From contig CAYRKX010000002.1 of NCBI GenBank assembly GCA_964425185.1, positions 8,791 through 72,790 on the forward strand: 64,000 nt of DNA. Reading direction: 5' to 3'. The notes under the pieces were generated by a model. It made no database searches, was not told the DNA's origin, and saw only the letters and a program-made list of their open reading frames with translations. This document shows positions 36,102 to 45,931 of the stretch, one piece after another (the first letter of the stretch is position 1; each line of letters starts with the position of its first letter). The translations under genes and the position numbers were made by a program. This DNA is from an uncultured Eubacteriales bacterium (lineage in GTDB: Bacteria > Bacillota > Clostridia > Oscillospirales > Acutalibacteraceae).

Positions 36102-36771
36102 CGGAAATCTTATACCCTATTCCCCGCACAGTCTGGATAATCTTCCCGGCACTGCCCAGTTTCTGGCGCAGGGTCCGGATATGGACATCGACAGTACGGC
36201 TCTCACCGTCGAAGGAATACCCCCAGATACGGTTCAGCAGCTGGTCTCTCGTCAGAACAATGTCCCGGTTTTCCAGAAGCAGGCACAGCATGTCAAATTC
36301 CTTGCGAGTCAGATTGACGGTCTCTCCGTTCACCTTAACTTTATGTTTCTTCGGGGAGACGTATAAACTGCCTATAGTGTACTCGTCCGGGGCCTCATTC
36401 CGGTCATCGGACGTCCGGCGGAGCAGTGCTTTGACCCGCGCCACCAGCTCCATCATGCCAAAGGGCTTGGGAATGTAGTCGTCCGCACCGAGTTCAAACC
36501 CGCGGACCTTGTCCATCTCGCTGCCCTTGGCCGTCAGCATAATAACCGGAAGTTTTTTGGTTCGGGAGTCTTTTCGGATTTTCTCCAGAATGGACAGTCC
36601 GCTCTCTTCCGGAAGCATAATGTCCAGCAGTACCAGTGCGGGAAGCTGCTCCTCCATGGCCTTCCAGAACTCGGAAGGCGTTCCGAAGCCTTTCGCCTCA
36701 AACCCGGTGCTGTTAAGCGTGTAGATGACAAGCTCCCGGATATTGGCATCGTCTTCGACAAGATAAATCAT
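36088..36771 (-). CDS. phoP: OmpR-family response regulator, PhoP/PhoB-like
   Basis: Receiver plus winged-helix domains. Start set at ATG 36771 (MIYLVEDD, GAGGGA SD 8 nt upstream); the track start 36789 is TTG. 14-nt overlap with the kinase gene. Confidence 0.85.
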   Translation of the reverse strand: MIYLVEDDANIRELVIYTLNSTGFEAKGFGTPSEFWKAMEEQLPALVLLDIMLPEESGLSILEKIRKDSRTKKLPVIMLTAKGSEMDKVRGFELGADDYIPKPFGMMELVARVKALLRRTSDDRNEAPDEYTIGSLYVSPKKHKVKVNGETVNLTRKEFDMLCLLLENRDIVLTRDQLLNRIWGYSFDGESRTVDVHIRTLRQKLGSAGKIIQTVRGIGYKISDEED

Positions 36772-36805
36772 GTTTCGATCCCTCTTCAAATTGTGCTCAG
36801 AGTTT

Positions 36806-36855
36806 ATTTTACATGAAGTCAGAGAGCCCGAATGTTAAATGTAGGTTAAATGTAA
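36806..36855 (-). promoter_or_regulatory. candidate Pho-box promoter of phoPR
   Basis: Tandem 11-bp direct repeat GTTAAATGTAG/GTTAAATGTAA (36834-36855), 22 nt upstream of TAAAAT (-10, 36811-36806, minus strand). Confidence 0.4.
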
Positions 36856-36886
36856 AAAAGAGGACCGGTGCGCAGGCACTGGTCCC
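36854..36886 (-). terminator. intrinsic terminator after the GT28 gene
   Basis: GGACCGGTGC/GCACTGGTCC stem; T-run on the minus strand. Confidence 0.65.
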
Positions 36887-36901
36887 CTTTGAACGTTTCA
36901 C

Positions 36902-38260
36902 TTATTTCTGCTTCTGCTGTTTTTCTCTCTTTTTGGCCAGCTTTCTAGCTTTCTTCTCCTTTTTGGCAGCATCTTTTTCCGCCGCCTTATTGGCCTTGAT
37001 TCTGGCTTTTTCCTCTTCCATCTGCTTTCTGGCGGCAGCCTCCTGTTCCAGACGCTGTGCCTCCAGCTGACGGTCCATCTCCTTCTTGCTGCGGCTGAGA
37101 TCCTTCCGCAGGAAAGAGCCAACCTCGACCTTCTTCTCGACCAGATGAACAATGTCGGTTGCCGCGTCAGGGTTGATGTATTTCTTCTGATTGGCGATGA
37201 GCTGCTCAGCGAAATTTTCATCCTGCAGCTTATCCACACAGGTCAGGAGATCTTTCTGCATGGACTTGGCGTACAATGCCATGCCGTGCTCCTGGAAGAA
37301 TTTTACGTTAGAAGACTCCAGTCCGCCCGGGATTGGGCTCATAAAGATAATGGGCTTGCCCAGAGAAGCGGCCTCCGTCGTGGACAGTCCGCCCGGTTTA
37401 GTAATGACAATGTCAGAAGCGGTCATGTACTCTGCCATGCGGTCCGTGTGCTCCATGAGGATAACCTTGCCGGAGAAGAGCCGTTTAATCTGCTTATAGA
37501 CAATTCCATTCTCACCGCATATGGCAATAATCCGAACGTTGCTGTTGAGAATGTAACGTCCTGCAAGAAGGGTGACACCCTCGAGAATCTTACCTGATCC
37601 GACAGCACCGCCGGAGATCATAATGTATTTCTTATCCTGGTCCAGTCCCAGTGCCACTCTTGCCTGCTCTTTGGTCAGTCCGGTCCGAAACTCCTTTTTG
37701 ACGGGAATGCCGACGGGGTACAGATGGCTCTCCGGAATGCCCCGGGCAATGTACTCATCCATCAAATCCGGAGACGCAATAATGTAGTTGTCCAGATTCG
37801 TCTCCCGGGTCATGGGAATACAGTGGTAGTCGGTGGAGACCCAGAATGTCGGCGGAAGGAAGTGATCCCTTTCGCGGATGGCGTGAAGCATTTCTCCTGG
37901 ATACGGATGAGCGGCAATAACGGCGTCGAACTTATTTTTAGTAATAAACCGGTAGAGACGCTCTGCCATGTTGTAGTTCCAGTAGTAAACCGGCGTCATC
38001 AGAGGACCGTCGGTAGCATGCCGGTTAAAGATTTCTCCGAGGTTATAGAAGAAACCAAACACATGGGGGATTTTCTGAACCGCCTTGGTGTAGGTGTTAT
38101 TGACAAAGCTGCTGGTCAGCTTGCCGGACGTCTTTCCTTTCAGCTCGAAGGGGTCCATCATAATGGCCTCATGGCCGTATTTGCGGAACTCCTCTTTCAG
38201 AGCAAAGGCGGCCGCGTTGTGTCCGCCGCCGGTCCCGTTGGCGAGGATAAGTACTTTCAT
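36902..38260 (-). CDS. GT28 glycosyltransferase (MGDG-synthase/UgtP-like diacylglycerol glycosyltransferase) with K/E-rich tail
   Basis: 452 aa; MKVLILANGTGGGHNAAA N-terminus and GT28 C-domain. The last ~60 aa are a lysine/glutamate/alanine-rich low-complexity tail. Confidence 0.8.
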   Translation of the reverse strand: MKVLILANGTGGGHNAAAFALKEEFRKYGHEAIMMDPFELKGKTSGKLTSSFVNNTYTKAVQKIPHVFGFFYNLGEIFNRHATDGPLMTPVYYWNYNMAERLYRFITKNKFDAVIAAHPYPGEMLHAIRERDHFLPPTFWVSTDYHCIPMTRETNLDNYIIASPDLMDEYIARGIPESHLYPVGIPVKKEFRTGLTKEQARVALGLDQDKKYIMISGGAVGSGKILEGVTLLAGRYILNSNVRIIAICGENGIVYKQIKRLFSGKVILMEHTDRMAEYMTASDIVITKPGGLSTTEAASLGKPIIFMSPIPGGLESSNVKFFQEHGMALYAKSMQKDLLTCVDKLQDENFAEQLIANQKKYINPDAATDIVHLVEKKVEVGSFLRKDLSRSKKEMDRQLEAQRLEQEAAARKQMEEEKARIKANKAAEKDAAKKEKKARKLAKKREKQQKQK

Positions 38261-38349
38261 GTAAAAACTCCTAGTAAGAATGGATTCTGGATTTCCATTA
38301 GTCTCTTCAACATACTACAAAAAACGTAGAAAAGCAAGAAACGAAACGG

Positions 38350-40620
38350 CTACAGAACGCGAATGTTCACGGTCATGGATTCTTCCTTATAAATAGCGGA
38401 CGAAAAGGTCACCTTTGTCGTCTCTGCATCTCCAACCCGGACAACAGCCAGCGCCCTGCCCTGGTATGTCGTGGCAGTGTCTGAATCATAAGATTCTTCT
38501 GTCTTAGGGCAGGCACTGCCGAATCCAAGAAGAACACCATTGTCTACCAAGCACTTTAAGGTTTCATCGCTGTTGCTCTCCACCACTCCGTTTTCGCCGA
38601 GTAAGGATACGGGGATATACACTACATCGCCCGAAAAGGCGGTGGGCTGTTCCGCATGGGCACTGATGCGCAGATTTCCCGTCGCCGAGCGGAGGTTTGC
38701 GGTAGAGATCTCCTTGAGGTGGGAGTCGTAGACGACTGCCGTGAGGACGCCGGGGTGGTACAGGATATGGAAGACGGCTTTGTTTTTGCGGAGCCGGGCA
38801 AAGCCGACAGTCTCCTCGTTCAGGATGAGCTTGACAAAAGCACCAGAGGCGTAAACCTCTACGGTCGTTTTATAGTGGGTGCAGCCGCGCCAGGACCAGG
38901 AGTCCACCGCATTGCTGTCCCGCCACGGTGAACGGGAGATGGTCTCACCCGGGTGATTCATGGGCTGGACGCCGATCCACGGCTTTTCGGAGAACCCCCA
39001 GACTGAGGCGGCGTAGTGGGCCAGAGATGTGGAATTTCCCAGGATGTCGAACGCACCGGAGCCGTTGACAAGCCACGGATAGTCCGCGGTCAAAATATTT
39101 GCCCCCTCTGTATTCCAGGTGCCGCCGGCCGCCTGGCCGAGGTAGTCCCAGCCGGACCAGACAAAGTCACCGAGGACACGGGGATCTTCCCGGCTTTTCT
39201 TTGAGGCATCGTACAGCTCACTGGGAAAGATTTCCATTCCGGCAATGAGACGGTTCGGATACTTTTCACGGTCTTTCGAATACCGGGAAACACCGTAAAC
39301 ATATCCCGCGACATCCAGAGAGTCAAAAAGTGGAGCGCTGGTCTTATCAGCAGACGGAAGGTCGGCTATGGTACTGACTGCAGGTGCGGCAAGAGCTGAA
39401 GACTGCTTATGCGCCGCTTTCAGAATGGCCTTCAGATATTTATTGGGGGTCTTGAGCTTGTCAACCCGATCCCGGAGCCGCTGCATGAACGGGTTAGTTC
39501 CGCAGGTGACCGGACGGGTAACATCTGCTTCGTGGATTCGTTCCATTAGCAGAGAAGGATATGTATCTGTAACTTCTTTTCCAAGACAGTACATAATGAC
39601 GCAGGGATGGTTTCGTACCGCACGGATGACCTCCGGAATATGATCTACATACAATTCGTCGAGGACAACGTACATACCGTACCGGTCACAGGCTGTCAGA
39701 AATTCTTCTGATGGCAGAGTATGGGACACATGGACGGCATTGAACCCGCACTCTTTGAGGAGAAGGATTTTCCGATTTTCCGACTCCTTATAACTGCAGG
39801 CCCCGAGAAGGCCGTTGTCGTGGCGGACACATCCCCCGCGGAGCTTCACCGGGAAGCCGTTGAGAAGCAGGCCGTCTCCTCCCCACTCCAGCGTCCGAAT
39901 ACCGAAATTAAAGTGGGTGGAGTCGAGAGTCGTTCCGTCTTTCTGGACGGAGACACGGAGTTTGTACAGATCCGCGCCGGTCTCAGACCACAGCAGCGGG
40001 TCCGGGACCCGAAGGCAGCAGTCCGGTCCGTTCCCCTCCACAATACGTCTCTTCTTATAGAAAATTTCTGCCCGCACCGTCAGATCTTCCGGGACATCCA
40101 TGGTCTGGACCCGGACAATTGCCGCTTTCTTTTCCAGGGAGACCGTGGAGACAAACACGTTGTCCTGAGTCAGCGGGCACTCCTTGGAGCCGGTCAGCAC
40201 ATAGACGGGGCGGAATATTCCCGCTCCGGTGTAACCATCTGCCGAATCCATTTCCATATTATTTACAATAACTTCCAGAGTATTCTCTGCACCGGGCTTC
40301 ACCGCGTCATCCGCAGCCGCCGAGAACGGTGCATAGCCGGACTCGTAGTACCCCAGTTCCACGCTGTTCAGAAACACCCTGGCGTTTGGATAAACCGCAT
40401 CAAATTGGAACACAATGTGCTGGCCCTCCCACTCTTCGGGGGCCTCAAATGTCTTTGCATAGTGATAGATTCCAGGGACAAAATATCCACCGCCTGCCCC
40501 GCTCGGGGACTGCGGCGAGCGCGAATCGTGAATCATGGCGTCATAGGGAAGGGTAATGTCCCGCGCCTGTTCCCCCTCGCGCCAGAATGTCCATCCGGAC
40601 AGAAGAGCCTGTTTCTTCAT
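38350..40620 (-). CDS. glycoside hydrolase family 2 protein (beta-galactosidase/glucuronidase-like)
   Basis: 756 aa from ATG 40620 (GAGGTG SD): LSGWTFWREG...; sugar-binding, Ig-like and TIM-barrel order; RNHPCVIMYCLGKE acid/base region. The track start 40767 has no SD and would overlap the divergent gene. Confidence 0.8.
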   Translation of the reverse strand: MKKQALLSGWTFWREGEQARDITLPYDAMIHDSRSPQSPSGAGGGYFVPGIYHYAKTFEAPEEWEGQHIVFQFDAVYPNARVFLNSVELGYYESGYAPFSAAADDAVKPGAENTLEVIVNNMEMDSADGYTGAGIFRPVYVLTGSKECPLTQDNVFVSTVSLEKKAAIVRVQTMDVPEDLTVRAEIFYKKRRIVEGNGPDCCLRVPDPLLWSETGADLYKLRVSVQKDGTTLDSTHFNFGIRTLEWGGDGLLLNGFPVKLRGGCVRHDNGLLGACSYKESENRKILLLKECGFNAVHVSHTLPSEEFLTACDRYGMYVVLDELYVDHIPEVIRAVRNHPCVIMYCLGKEVTDTYPSLLMERIHEADVTRPVTCGTNPFMQRLRDRVDKLKTPNKYLKAILKAAHKQSSALAAPAVSTIADLPSADKTSAPLFDSLDVAGYVYGVSRYSKDREKYPNRLIAGMEIFPSELYDASKKSREDPRVLGDFVWSGWDYLGQAAGGTWNTEGANILTADYPWLVNGSGAFDILGNSTSLAHYAASVWGFSEKPWIGVQPMNHPGETISRSPWRDSNAVDSWSWRGCTHYKTTVEVYASGAFVKLILNEETVGFARLRKNKAVFHILYHPGVLTAVVYDSHLKEISTANLRSATGNLRISAHAEQPTAFSGDVVYIPVSLLGENGVVESNSDETLKCLVDNGVLLGFGSACPKTEESYDSDTATTYQGRALAVVRVGDAETTKVTFSSAIYKEESMTVNIRVL

Positions 40621-40757
40621 ACGTTCGTTCACCTCAGATCTAATTCTTATTCTATCAGATTTTTTCGGGCGATTCAGCTTTCTTTCGCCTTTACAACTGT
40701 CCCAGGGCCATTGTAAAATCATAATATATATCCTCAGGATTACTGGAGGGCCATTGA

Positions 40758-43256
40758 ATGCCATCAAAAACGAAAAAAAAGGCCTCCGGTGAGACCACCG
40801 GAAGCAGTTATGACGAGTTTGACTCGTATAAAAAGATTCCCGGCGTCAATGCTCCACTGAGCAAGGGCCTGACCCAGGCCCAGGTCAGTGAACGTATGGA
40901 AGCGGGAATTGCCAACGTCAACCTGAACACAGGAAGCCGTTCCACCAAAGACATTGTCAAGAAGAACGTATTTACGTACTTCAACCTTATCTTTGTCATT
41001 ATGGCCGCACTGCTTCTGTCCGTTGGCTCGTACACCAACCTGTTCTTCATGGTCATCGTAATTTCCAACTGCTTAATTGGAATTATACAGGAGCTCCGTT
41101 CCAAGAAGGCCGTGGACAAACTCACCATTTTGGCAGAAGAGAAAATCAAAGTCCGGCGCGACGGCCAGACCCTGGAAATCCCCTCTTCACAGCTGGTCCG
41201 CGACGACATTGTAGAGCTTTCAACGGGACAACAGGTCATTGCTGATGCCGTCGTTCGTGTGGGAGACCTTTCTGTTAACGAATCCCTGTTAACCGGTGAA
41301 AGTGACGCCATCAAGAAAGCTCCCGGTGATGAATTAAAATCCGGTTCGACGATTGTCACCGGCCGCTGCATCGCCCAGCTGACGCGGGTCGGGTCGGAAT
41401 CCTATGCGTCCCGCCTGACCACCGAGGCCAAGAGCAACGTTGAAGTCGGGAAGTCCGAGATGATGGCTTCCCTCGACAAGTTAATCAAGGTCATCGGTAT
41501 TATCCTGGTTCCGGTTGGAATTTATCTGTTCATCAGCCAGCGGTATTCGCTGCACATGACCATGAAAGCCACGGTTCAGTCCACGGTTGCTGCACTCATC
41601 GGCATGATTCCCGAAGGTCTGTACCTGCTGACATCCGTTGCACTGGCACTTGCCGTTATGCGTCTGACCAGACGGAAAGTTCTGGTCCGGGATATGAACT
41701 GTGTTGAGACACTGGCACGAGTTGACGTGCTGTGTGTCGATAAAACCGGTACCATTACTGAACCCGGCATGGACGTCCAGAAGCTCATCAGCATTGATGA
41801 CAACGACGTTTCCACTGACGAGCTGCAGGAAATGCTGAACGCGTTCTACACCACCATGGACGCAGACAATGACACCGCCATTGCCATGAAAAAGGCGTTT
41901 TTCAAAAATAATGGAGCCCCGGGATGGACTGTTCAAAAAGTGGTTCCGTTTATGTCTGAAAACAAATACTCGGGAATTACCTATGAGGACCGTGGAAGCT
42001 ACCTCGTCGGCGCTCCGGAATTCATCCTCGGCGACCGCGCTTCTGAAGTCTACCCCGTTACCGATCCCTGGACCCAGCAGGGCATGCGTGTTCTGCTTCT
42101 CGCCCATACGGACGGACTCATTGTTGATAACGACGACAACAACGTTCTCGACAAGAGCAAAGTCAAACCCATTGGTATTGTCTGTATTGCCAACCGTATC
42201 CGAGAGAATGCCGACAAGACCTTCCAATATTTTGCAAGTCAGGGAGTTACCGTCAAGGTCATCTCGGGAGATAACCCCGTAACAGTCTCCAATGTAGCCA
42301 AGCAGGCGTGCATAGAACATGCTGACCAGTATATTGACGCTACTACCCTGGATACTGACGAAAAAATCTACGACGCAATTCAGAAATACACCGTCTTCGG
42401 ACGTGTTACTCCGCAGCAGAAGCTGAAGTTCGTCCAGGCTTTGAAAGACCAAGGTCACACTGTTGCCATGACCGGCGATGGTGTCAACGACGTTCTCGCC
42501 CTGAAAGAGGCCAACTGCGGCATTGCCATGGCATCCGGTGCCCAGGCTGCATCGCAGATTTCGTCTCTGGTTCTACTCGACTCCGACTTTACCTCCATGC
42601 CGTCCATTGTCAATGAGGGCCGGCAGGTTATTAACAATATCCAGCGTTCTGCCTCGCTGTTTCTGGTTAAGAACATCTTCTCGGTTATTTTCGCCGTACT
42701 GGCCGGACTTGCAGGATGGCCGTATCCACTGCAGCCATTGCAGCTGTCCCTGATCAGTTCGCTGACGATCGGCTATCCGGCGTTCTTCCTGTCTCTGGAG
42801 CCAAACCACGACCGGTTCCATGGGCACTTTCTTCCGAACGTCATCTACAGAGCGCTGCCCGGAGGTCTGGCCGATGTCGTTATGATGTCGCTGATAGAAC
42901 TCTTCGTCTACTATCTAAAACTGCCAACGTCGCAGCTGTACTCCATTTCCTGTATTGTCATGCTGACTGTTGGAAACATCATGATCTGGGAGTACGCAAG
43001 GCCGCTCAACCATTACCGGAAACTCGTCGGAATTGTGTTCAGTCTGGCTTCGGTAATTGCCGTCTGCATTATCCCGTTTACCATGTTCCGCGACTGGATT
43101 CAGCTCACCCCGCTCCACGGAATTTCCTGGCTCATCCTTTTCGTCATGATGGGTCTCGCCTATCCGGTCGTCAAGGCCTTCCAAATTATTCTCGACAAGG
43201 GACGCGGAATTTACGAACGCAATAAGAGAAGCCGCAGCACACAGATGGCTGCCTGA
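40758..43256 (+). CDS. cation-transporting P-type ATPase (P2-like, HAD-IC)
   Basis: 832 aa; DKTGTITE, TGDGVNDVLALKEANCGIAMASG, N-terminal cation-ATPase-N segment, ten predicted TM helices. Confidence 0.9.
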   Translation: MPSKTKKKASGETTGSSYDEFDSYKKIPGVNAPLSKGLTQAQVSERMEAGIANVNLNTGSRSTKDIVKKNVFTYFNLIFVIMAALLLSVGSYTNLFFMVIVISNCLIGIIQELRSKKAVDKLTILAEEKIKVRRDGQTLEIPSSQLVRDDIVELSTGQQVIADAVVRVGDLSVNESLLTGESDAIKKAPGDELKSGSTIVTGRCIAQLTRVGSESYASRLTTEAKSNVEVGKSEMMASLDKLIKVIGIILVPVGIYLFISQRYSLHMTMKATVQSTVAALIGMIPEGLYLLTSVALALAVMRLTRRKVLVRDMNCVETLARVDVLCVDKTGTITEPGMDVQKLISIDDNDVSTDELQEMLNAFYTTMDADNDTAIAMKKAFFKNNGAPGWTVQKVVPFMSENKYSGITYEDRGSYLVGAPEFILGDRASEVYPVTDPWTQQGMRVLLLAHTDGLIVDNDDNNVLDKSKVKPIGIVCIANRIRENADKTFQYFASQGVTVKVISGDNPVTVSNVAKQACIEHADQYIDATTLDTDEKIYDAIQKYTVFGRVTPQQKLKFVQALKDQGHTVAMTGDGVNDVLALKEANCGIAMASGAQAASQISSLVLLDSDFTSMPSIVNEGRQVINNIQRSASLFLVKNIFSVIFAVLAGLAGWPYPLQPLQLSLISSLTIGYPAFFLSLEPNHDRFHGHFLPNVIYRALPGGLADVVMMSLIELFVYYLKLPTSQLYSISCIVMLTVGNIMIWEYARPLNHYRKLVGIVFSLASVIAVCIIPFTMFRDWIQLTPLHGISWLILFVMMGLAYPVVKAFQIILDKGRGIYERNKRSRSTQMAA

Positions 43257-43282
43257 TATTCAAACAGCAAGGGACTTCTCCG

Positions 43283-43341
43283 GAAATCAGAATAAAAAAC
43301 AGCCGCATCGTCATGATGCGGCTGTTTTTTATTCTGATTTC
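43283..43341. terminator. bidirectional terminator formed by a 27-bp perfect inverted repeat
   Basis: GAAATCAGAATAAAAAACAGCCGCATC (43283-43309), 5-nt loop, exact reverse complement at 43315-43341. Sits between convergent stops at 43256 and 43347. Confidence 0.8.
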
Positions 43342-43346
43342 TGTCC

Positions 43347-44543
43347 TCAGTCAGCGTCCGGCAGGCTGCGGTTGACCGAGATAATGCGGTCCCAGGTCTG
43401 GAAGTAGTCACGGCGGGTTCCGCTGTATCCGTTCCAGAACACGTGGTCATGTTTGACAACTGGCATGTTGTACCAGATACCCGGTTTAAATGTCATGCCA
43501 TCATAGTTTCCGTCTTCCTGTGGAGCATTGAACGGTGCGCTCTGACCCGGCACGTTAACATAGCCGTCATTTGCATACCAGCTCTCATCTACTGGGTAAC
43601 CGCCGGTCTCCTTCGGGAGGATTGTACCGACGAACATACCAGGAATAGTGCAGAACAGATTCGGGCTTGGGAAGGCAAGATTCTTGCCGTCTGGAAGCGG
43701 AATGGAGTTTGATCCGCGCTGGGCAAAATAGTAGATGTGCGGGTTGGTCTCCTGCTGATCATTGATTTTCTTGCAGTACTCAATGGTCATCTGATAGGTA
43801 GAGTTGTCGTCCGGATCTTCGGTAATGGTTTTGGTTCCCTCTACCAGCTTCTTCAGATTGGTCGGTTTGCCGATTTTAATGTTGTCAGAATAATCGTTAA
43901 AGCCGTACTGCTGATTGCCAACGTCGAGGAACTTCATGAAATGAGAGTTGCCAAGCAGGCCGGTTCCGCCAAAGAGAATGGGGTCCAGTACATTGAACGC
44001 CTTCTGCTGAAGAGTGGCAAGAGTAGTGCCATTGTTAACACCTGCCAGAGTAGTAACGGTATGAATGAGATTGGCATGTCCGCCCGCAAACAGCGGAGAC
44101 AGATCGTCAGGATCGGTGCCCTCCCGCTCCTCTTCCGAGCCGCGTGCACAGAGGTCAGCAAAGAATTTGACAACCGGGCCGCCAAACGAGTGGCCGTAAA
44201 GGTTGATCTTCTTGTGGGCCTCGGTCTTGCCGAGATCTTCCAGGACACCATGTTCGTAGGTGCGTCCATACCGGGCATGGCCGCTTTTCGCACTGTGAAC
44301 CTTACCGAAATCGACGGTGCCGCCGAACAGATAGGCCCAGAGTTTGCAGGAGCGGTCCCAGAGAGAGTCATACGGGCCCTGTGCCGGGGAGTAGCACTCA
44401 ATGCCCTGCTCTTTCAGATGCTTCATGAGGTCCCGGTTTCCAAAGCCCCAGTAGTGCAAGAGTTTGTACATGCCGTCGGTCTCGCCCCAGCCGGTGAAGC
44501 CGTGGATGAAGACATTTGGATAATTGTTGAGATATTCTGCCAT
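43347..44543 (-). CDS. alpha/beta-hydrolase lipase/esterase (Gram-positive lipase-like)
   Basis: 398 aa; VFIHGFTGWGE and NLYGHSFGG nucleophile elbow. No signal peptide. Confidence 0.7.
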   Translation of the reverse strand: MAEYLNNYPNVFIHGFTGWGETDGMYKLLHYWGFGNRDLMKHLKEQGIECYSPAQGPYDSLWDRSCKLWAYLFGGTVDFGKVHSAKSGHARYGRTYEHGVLEDLGKTEAHKKINLYGHSFGGPVVKFFADLCARGSEEEREGTDPDDLSPLFAGGHANLIHTVTTLAGVNNGTTLATLQQKAFNVLDPILFGGTGLLGNSHFMKFLDVGNQQYGFNDYSDNIKIGKPTNLKKLVEGTKTITEDPDDNSTYQMTIEYCKKINDQQETNPHIYYFAQRGSNSIPLPDGKNLAFPSPNLFCTIPGMFVGTILPKETGGYPVDESWYANDGYVNVPGQSAPFNAPQEDGNYDGMTFKPGIWYNMPVVKHDHVFWNGYSGTRRDYFQTWDRIISVNRSLPDAD

Positions 44544-44738
44544 TTTGGTTCCCTTTCCGCGGGCCAGTAGTAAATGTGGATATGATTACTGCCGCAAATA
44601 AGCTCAGTCTAACATTCATATTTCAACACTTCAATAAGCCTGTTGTAAAAATGACACTTTGACAAGAAAGTTAATTTTATTTTTGTATAACTTTGACAAA
44701 AGTAAACGTCAGAAAGAAAACAGTTGTTTAGAAAGTTC

Positions 44739-45215
44739 TTATCGGTTATCCACCTGTTCCGGGTACAAATCATGGTTGGCAAGGCGCTGCCAGGCAATCT
44801 CTTCCCACCGGGTCCCCGGCTTCCCATAGTTACAGTACGGATCAATGGAAATGCCGCCGCGCGGCAGGAACTTTCCCCAGACCTCAATGTACTTGGGGTC
44901 CATCAGGGCTATCAGATCTTTCATAATGGTGTTCACGCAGTTCTCGTGAAAGTCACCGTGGTTCCGGTAGCTGAACAGATACAGCTTTAACGACTTGCTC
45001 TCTACCATTCTGGCACCCGGCACATAGGAAATCGTAACAGCGGCAAAGTCCGGCTGGCCGGTAATGGGACAGAGACTGGTGAACTCCGGGCAGTTAAATT
45101 TGACAAAGTAGTCGTTGTCCGGATGCCGGTTTTCAAACGTCTCCAGCACAGACGGGTCGTAATCGGTGGGATACTCTGTATGACCGGACCCCAGTTTAGT
45201 CAGCGAATAACTCAT
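44739..45215 (-). CDS. queF: NADPH-dependent 7-cyano-7-deazaguanine (preQ0) reductase
   Basis: 158 aa; [14 protein letters not shown] motif. Overlaps the queC stop. Confidence 0.9.
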   Translation of the reverse strand: MSYSLTKLGSGHTEYPTDYDPSVLETFENRHPDNDYFVKFNCPEFTSLCPITGQPDFAAVTISYVPGARMVESKSLKLYLFSYRNHGDFHENCVNTIMKDLIALMDPKYIEVWGKFLPRGGISIDPYCNYGKPGTRWEEIAWQRLANHDLYPEQVDNR

Positions 45216-45930
45216 GATTTTCCTCCTTATCTGTCTGCTCAGAGTTCAGCCTGACCAGCAGCGGGTCCTCCACTCCGTTGGCCGCAAACGCCGCTGCCCG
45301 GTCCAGACAGGTCCCGCAGCTTCCGCATGGCTTATCTCCACCCTCGTAGCAGCTCCATGTTAATTCGTACGGTACCTGGAGTTCCAGACCCTGCCGGACG
45401 ACCTCCGCTTTGGTACAGTTGACAAAAGGCGCTTCAATTTTTACCTGGTGTCCGCTCCCTTCCCAGATTGCACGGTTCATGGCGTCATTAAACACCGAAC
45501 TGCAGTCGGGGTAGGCGTTTCCCGCCGCGTCATCGGCATGGGCACCATAATAAATAATTTGACACTGCATCGACAGGGCGAAGCTTGCAGCGGAAGACAA
45601 AAACAGGCCGTTGCGGAACGGGACATATGTCGAGACCGGGGCTCCGTTTGTCTCCTTGAGCTGCTCGGCATAGGACTCGTGCGGTATATCTTCGTCCGAT
45701 GACTTGAGCAGCGAACATTTGCTGTACTGGAAAATTTCGAACAGATCCAGGGAGTACAGCTCTACGCCGTAGTACTCCGCAACCGCTTTGGCGGACTGCT
45801 GCTCCCGGTCGTGTTTCTGGCCGTACAGGATGGAGAGCGCCACGTTGTTTTCCGCGCCCCACTGTTTCACACTTCTGGCAAGGCAGGTGGCACTGTCCAG
45901 TCCGCCGCTCAGTAATACCAATGCACGCAT
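45196..45930 (-). CDS. queC: 7-cyano-7-deazaguanine synthase
   Basis: Start at ATG 45930 ([18 protein letters not shown]-loop, AAAGGAG SD); C-terminal CGSCGTC zinc motif. Confidence 0.9.
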   Translation of the reverse strand: MRALVLLSGGLDSATCLARSVKQWGAENNVALSILYGQKHDREQQSAKAVAEYYGVELYSLDLFEIFQYSKCSLLKSSDEDIPHESYAEQLKETNGAPVSTYVPFRNGLFLSSAASFALSMQCQIIYYGAHADDAAGNAYPDCSSVFNDAMNRAIWEGSGHQVKIEAPFVNCTKAEVVRQGLELQVPYELTWSCYEGGDKPCGSCGTCLDRAAAFAANGVEDPLLVRLNSEQTDKEENHELFAD

Positions 45931-45931
45931 G

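Noticed and set aside
40621-40767. N-terminal 49-aa extension of the GH2 gene implied by the track start at 40767.
   Set aside because: There is no SD, and it would overlap the divergent P-type ATPase start and promoter region. ATG 40620 has a GAGGTG SD and gives a typical GH2 N-terminus.
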